Below, in pieces: positions 63,465 through 64,000 of a stretch of 64,000 nucleotides of DNA. Origin of the DNA: Schmidtea polychroa (Eukaryota); contig CM097887.1 of the NCBI GenBank assembly GCA_044892525.1, forward strand, positions 109,842,397 to 109,906,396, in the 5' to 3' direction. Position numbers and translations under genes: made by a program. Position 1 is the stretch's first letter, and every line of letters starts with the position of its first letter. Below the pieces are notes generated by a model. The model searched no databases. It saw nothing but the letters and a program-made list of their open reading frames with translations, and was not told the DNA's origin.

Positions 63465-63790
63465 CAACAACTTAGTACCAACAACCAGTAACTTACGAAC
63501 ATGTATTACCAACCAGATACCTACAACCAGTTACCTGATACCAAGTACCAACAACCAAAACATGCAACCAACTAGGTACCAAGTACTAACAACTAACTAC
63601 CAAGTACATACAACCAACAACAACCAGGTACTAAGCATTATTAACCACCTACTAAGTACCAACAACTAGATACCAAGTACATACAACCAACATCAACCAG
63701 GTACTAAGCATTATCAACCAAGTACTAACAACCAAGTAACTTACCTAGTACTAAGCACTGTCAACTAGATACCAAACACTTACAACCAGA
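63465..63790. repeat. Degenerate C/A-rich repeat (CAACCAAGTAC / GGTACTAAGCA)
   Basis: Direct reading. Confidence 0.8.
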
Positions 63791-64000
63791 TGACCACATG
63801 AAATTAATGGTTAAATATGAAAATAAGGATTATATTTAGTTGTTAAGTAAATTATGGTGTAAAATTAAGAAATAAAGAATAATTAGGTAAATTAAAGTAA
63901 TAATTTTTAAAAAAGTAAATTAAGGTTCAAATTTTAAATTAAGTAACCAATGGTTCAAATTTTAAATTAAAGCTAAATAAGTAAATTAAAGTAAGATTTT

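Overview
AT-rich eukaryotic (metazoan-type) scaffold with 42-51 nt spliceosomal introns and several N gaps. The architecture is compatible with a compact invertebrate genome such as an orthonectid; this is an inference and was not tested. Host genes: the 3' seven exons of an SLC35F6-type nucleotide-sugar-transporter-family gene, and a cluster of intronless ~300 aa class A (rhodopsin-like) GPCRs with four intact copies and one captured 3' half. The rest is a dense transposon landscape: piggyBac, many hAT elements with 8-bp TSDs, a hATm-like element, Tigger/pogo, IS630/Tc1, a MULE-like element, Helitron and Penelope fragments, and Gypsy-type solo LTRs. There are two Polinton/Maverick (adintovirus-like) elements. 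The old one (34843-43193) retains integrase, penton, core pX, a hexon fragment and PolB as pseudogenes. The young one (52372-60686) has >=310-bp TIRs and a 6-bp TSD. In its sequenced part it carries only a lesioned protein-primed PolB, a three-intron gene for a 121-aa acidic protein not shown in the ORF track, and an array of ~145-bp palindrome-bearing repeats. It is inserted next to the terminus of a third Polinton-like end. A 387-bp inverted-repeat element appears to have captured half of a GPCR gene. The window ends in layered satellite DNA.
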